56,448 nt of DNA, taken from a virus. Lineage: Duplodnaviria > Caudoviricetes. The notes below the pieces were generated by a model, which saw only the letters and a program-made list of their open reading frames with translations, did not search any database and was not told where the DNA came from. The position numbers and the translations under genes are program-made. Position 1 is the first letter of the stretch. The number at the start of each line of letters is the position of its first letter. This document shows, one piece after another, positions 56,357 to 56,448 of the stretch. The stretch is from IMG/VR virus record IMGVR_UViG_3300038321_000147, positions 1-56,448 of that record; one strand, given 5' to 3'.

Positions 56357-56448
56357 AATGACCCCCTTTAAATATACTTTTGTAATAGTTTGAACCGGGT
56401 ATTTTCGGGAATGTCCCAAGAATTTAACCCCCGGGGAAAATATAAGGA

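Noticed and set aside
1-56448. Prophage/lysogeny module, reverse transcriptase, DGR or alternative genetic code
   Set aside because: No integrase, RT (YxDD) or TR/VR pair seen; long genes read through with standard stops

Overview
This window looks like a nearly complete, ~56.4 kb, AT-rich genome of a tailed siphovirus-type phage, with every credible gene on the minus strand. The host is probably a Firmicute (AGGAGG ribosome-binding sites, SleB-like hydrolase, XkdW/XkdX-like genes, amidase-SH3b lysin); I see no integrase. In transcription order (right to left): small terminase, HNH, head connector, TerL, three H(H/Y/F)GxxGxKWGVRR proteins (one frameshifted), portal, protease-capsid fusion, tail genes with an embedded lysis pair, tape measure, baseplate, Ig-like and fibre genes, and a subtilisin. 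Next is a ~20 kb array of small genes built from repeated promoter-RBS-ORF-terminator cassettes, then replication genes (SF3 helicase-primase-PolB fusion, SSB, SF2 helicase, nucleases). Last is a ~950 aa single-chain two-barrel RNA polymerase (GADFDGD) with terminal HTH domains. The most interesting candidate system is a phage-specific transcription apparatus: this RNAP, 22 copies of a non-sigmaA-like bipartite promoter (GC-N15-TATAAT-(A)GAA), and a conserved hairpin+TTTATATTT terminator. Several promoter-driven units lack a convincing ORF and look like structured RNAs, one of them tRNA-like. A shared hydrophobic-x-His motif may mark the RNAP and other proteins for capsid packaging and prohead-protease cleavage. 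All functional calls come from motifs recognised by eye; no searches were run.
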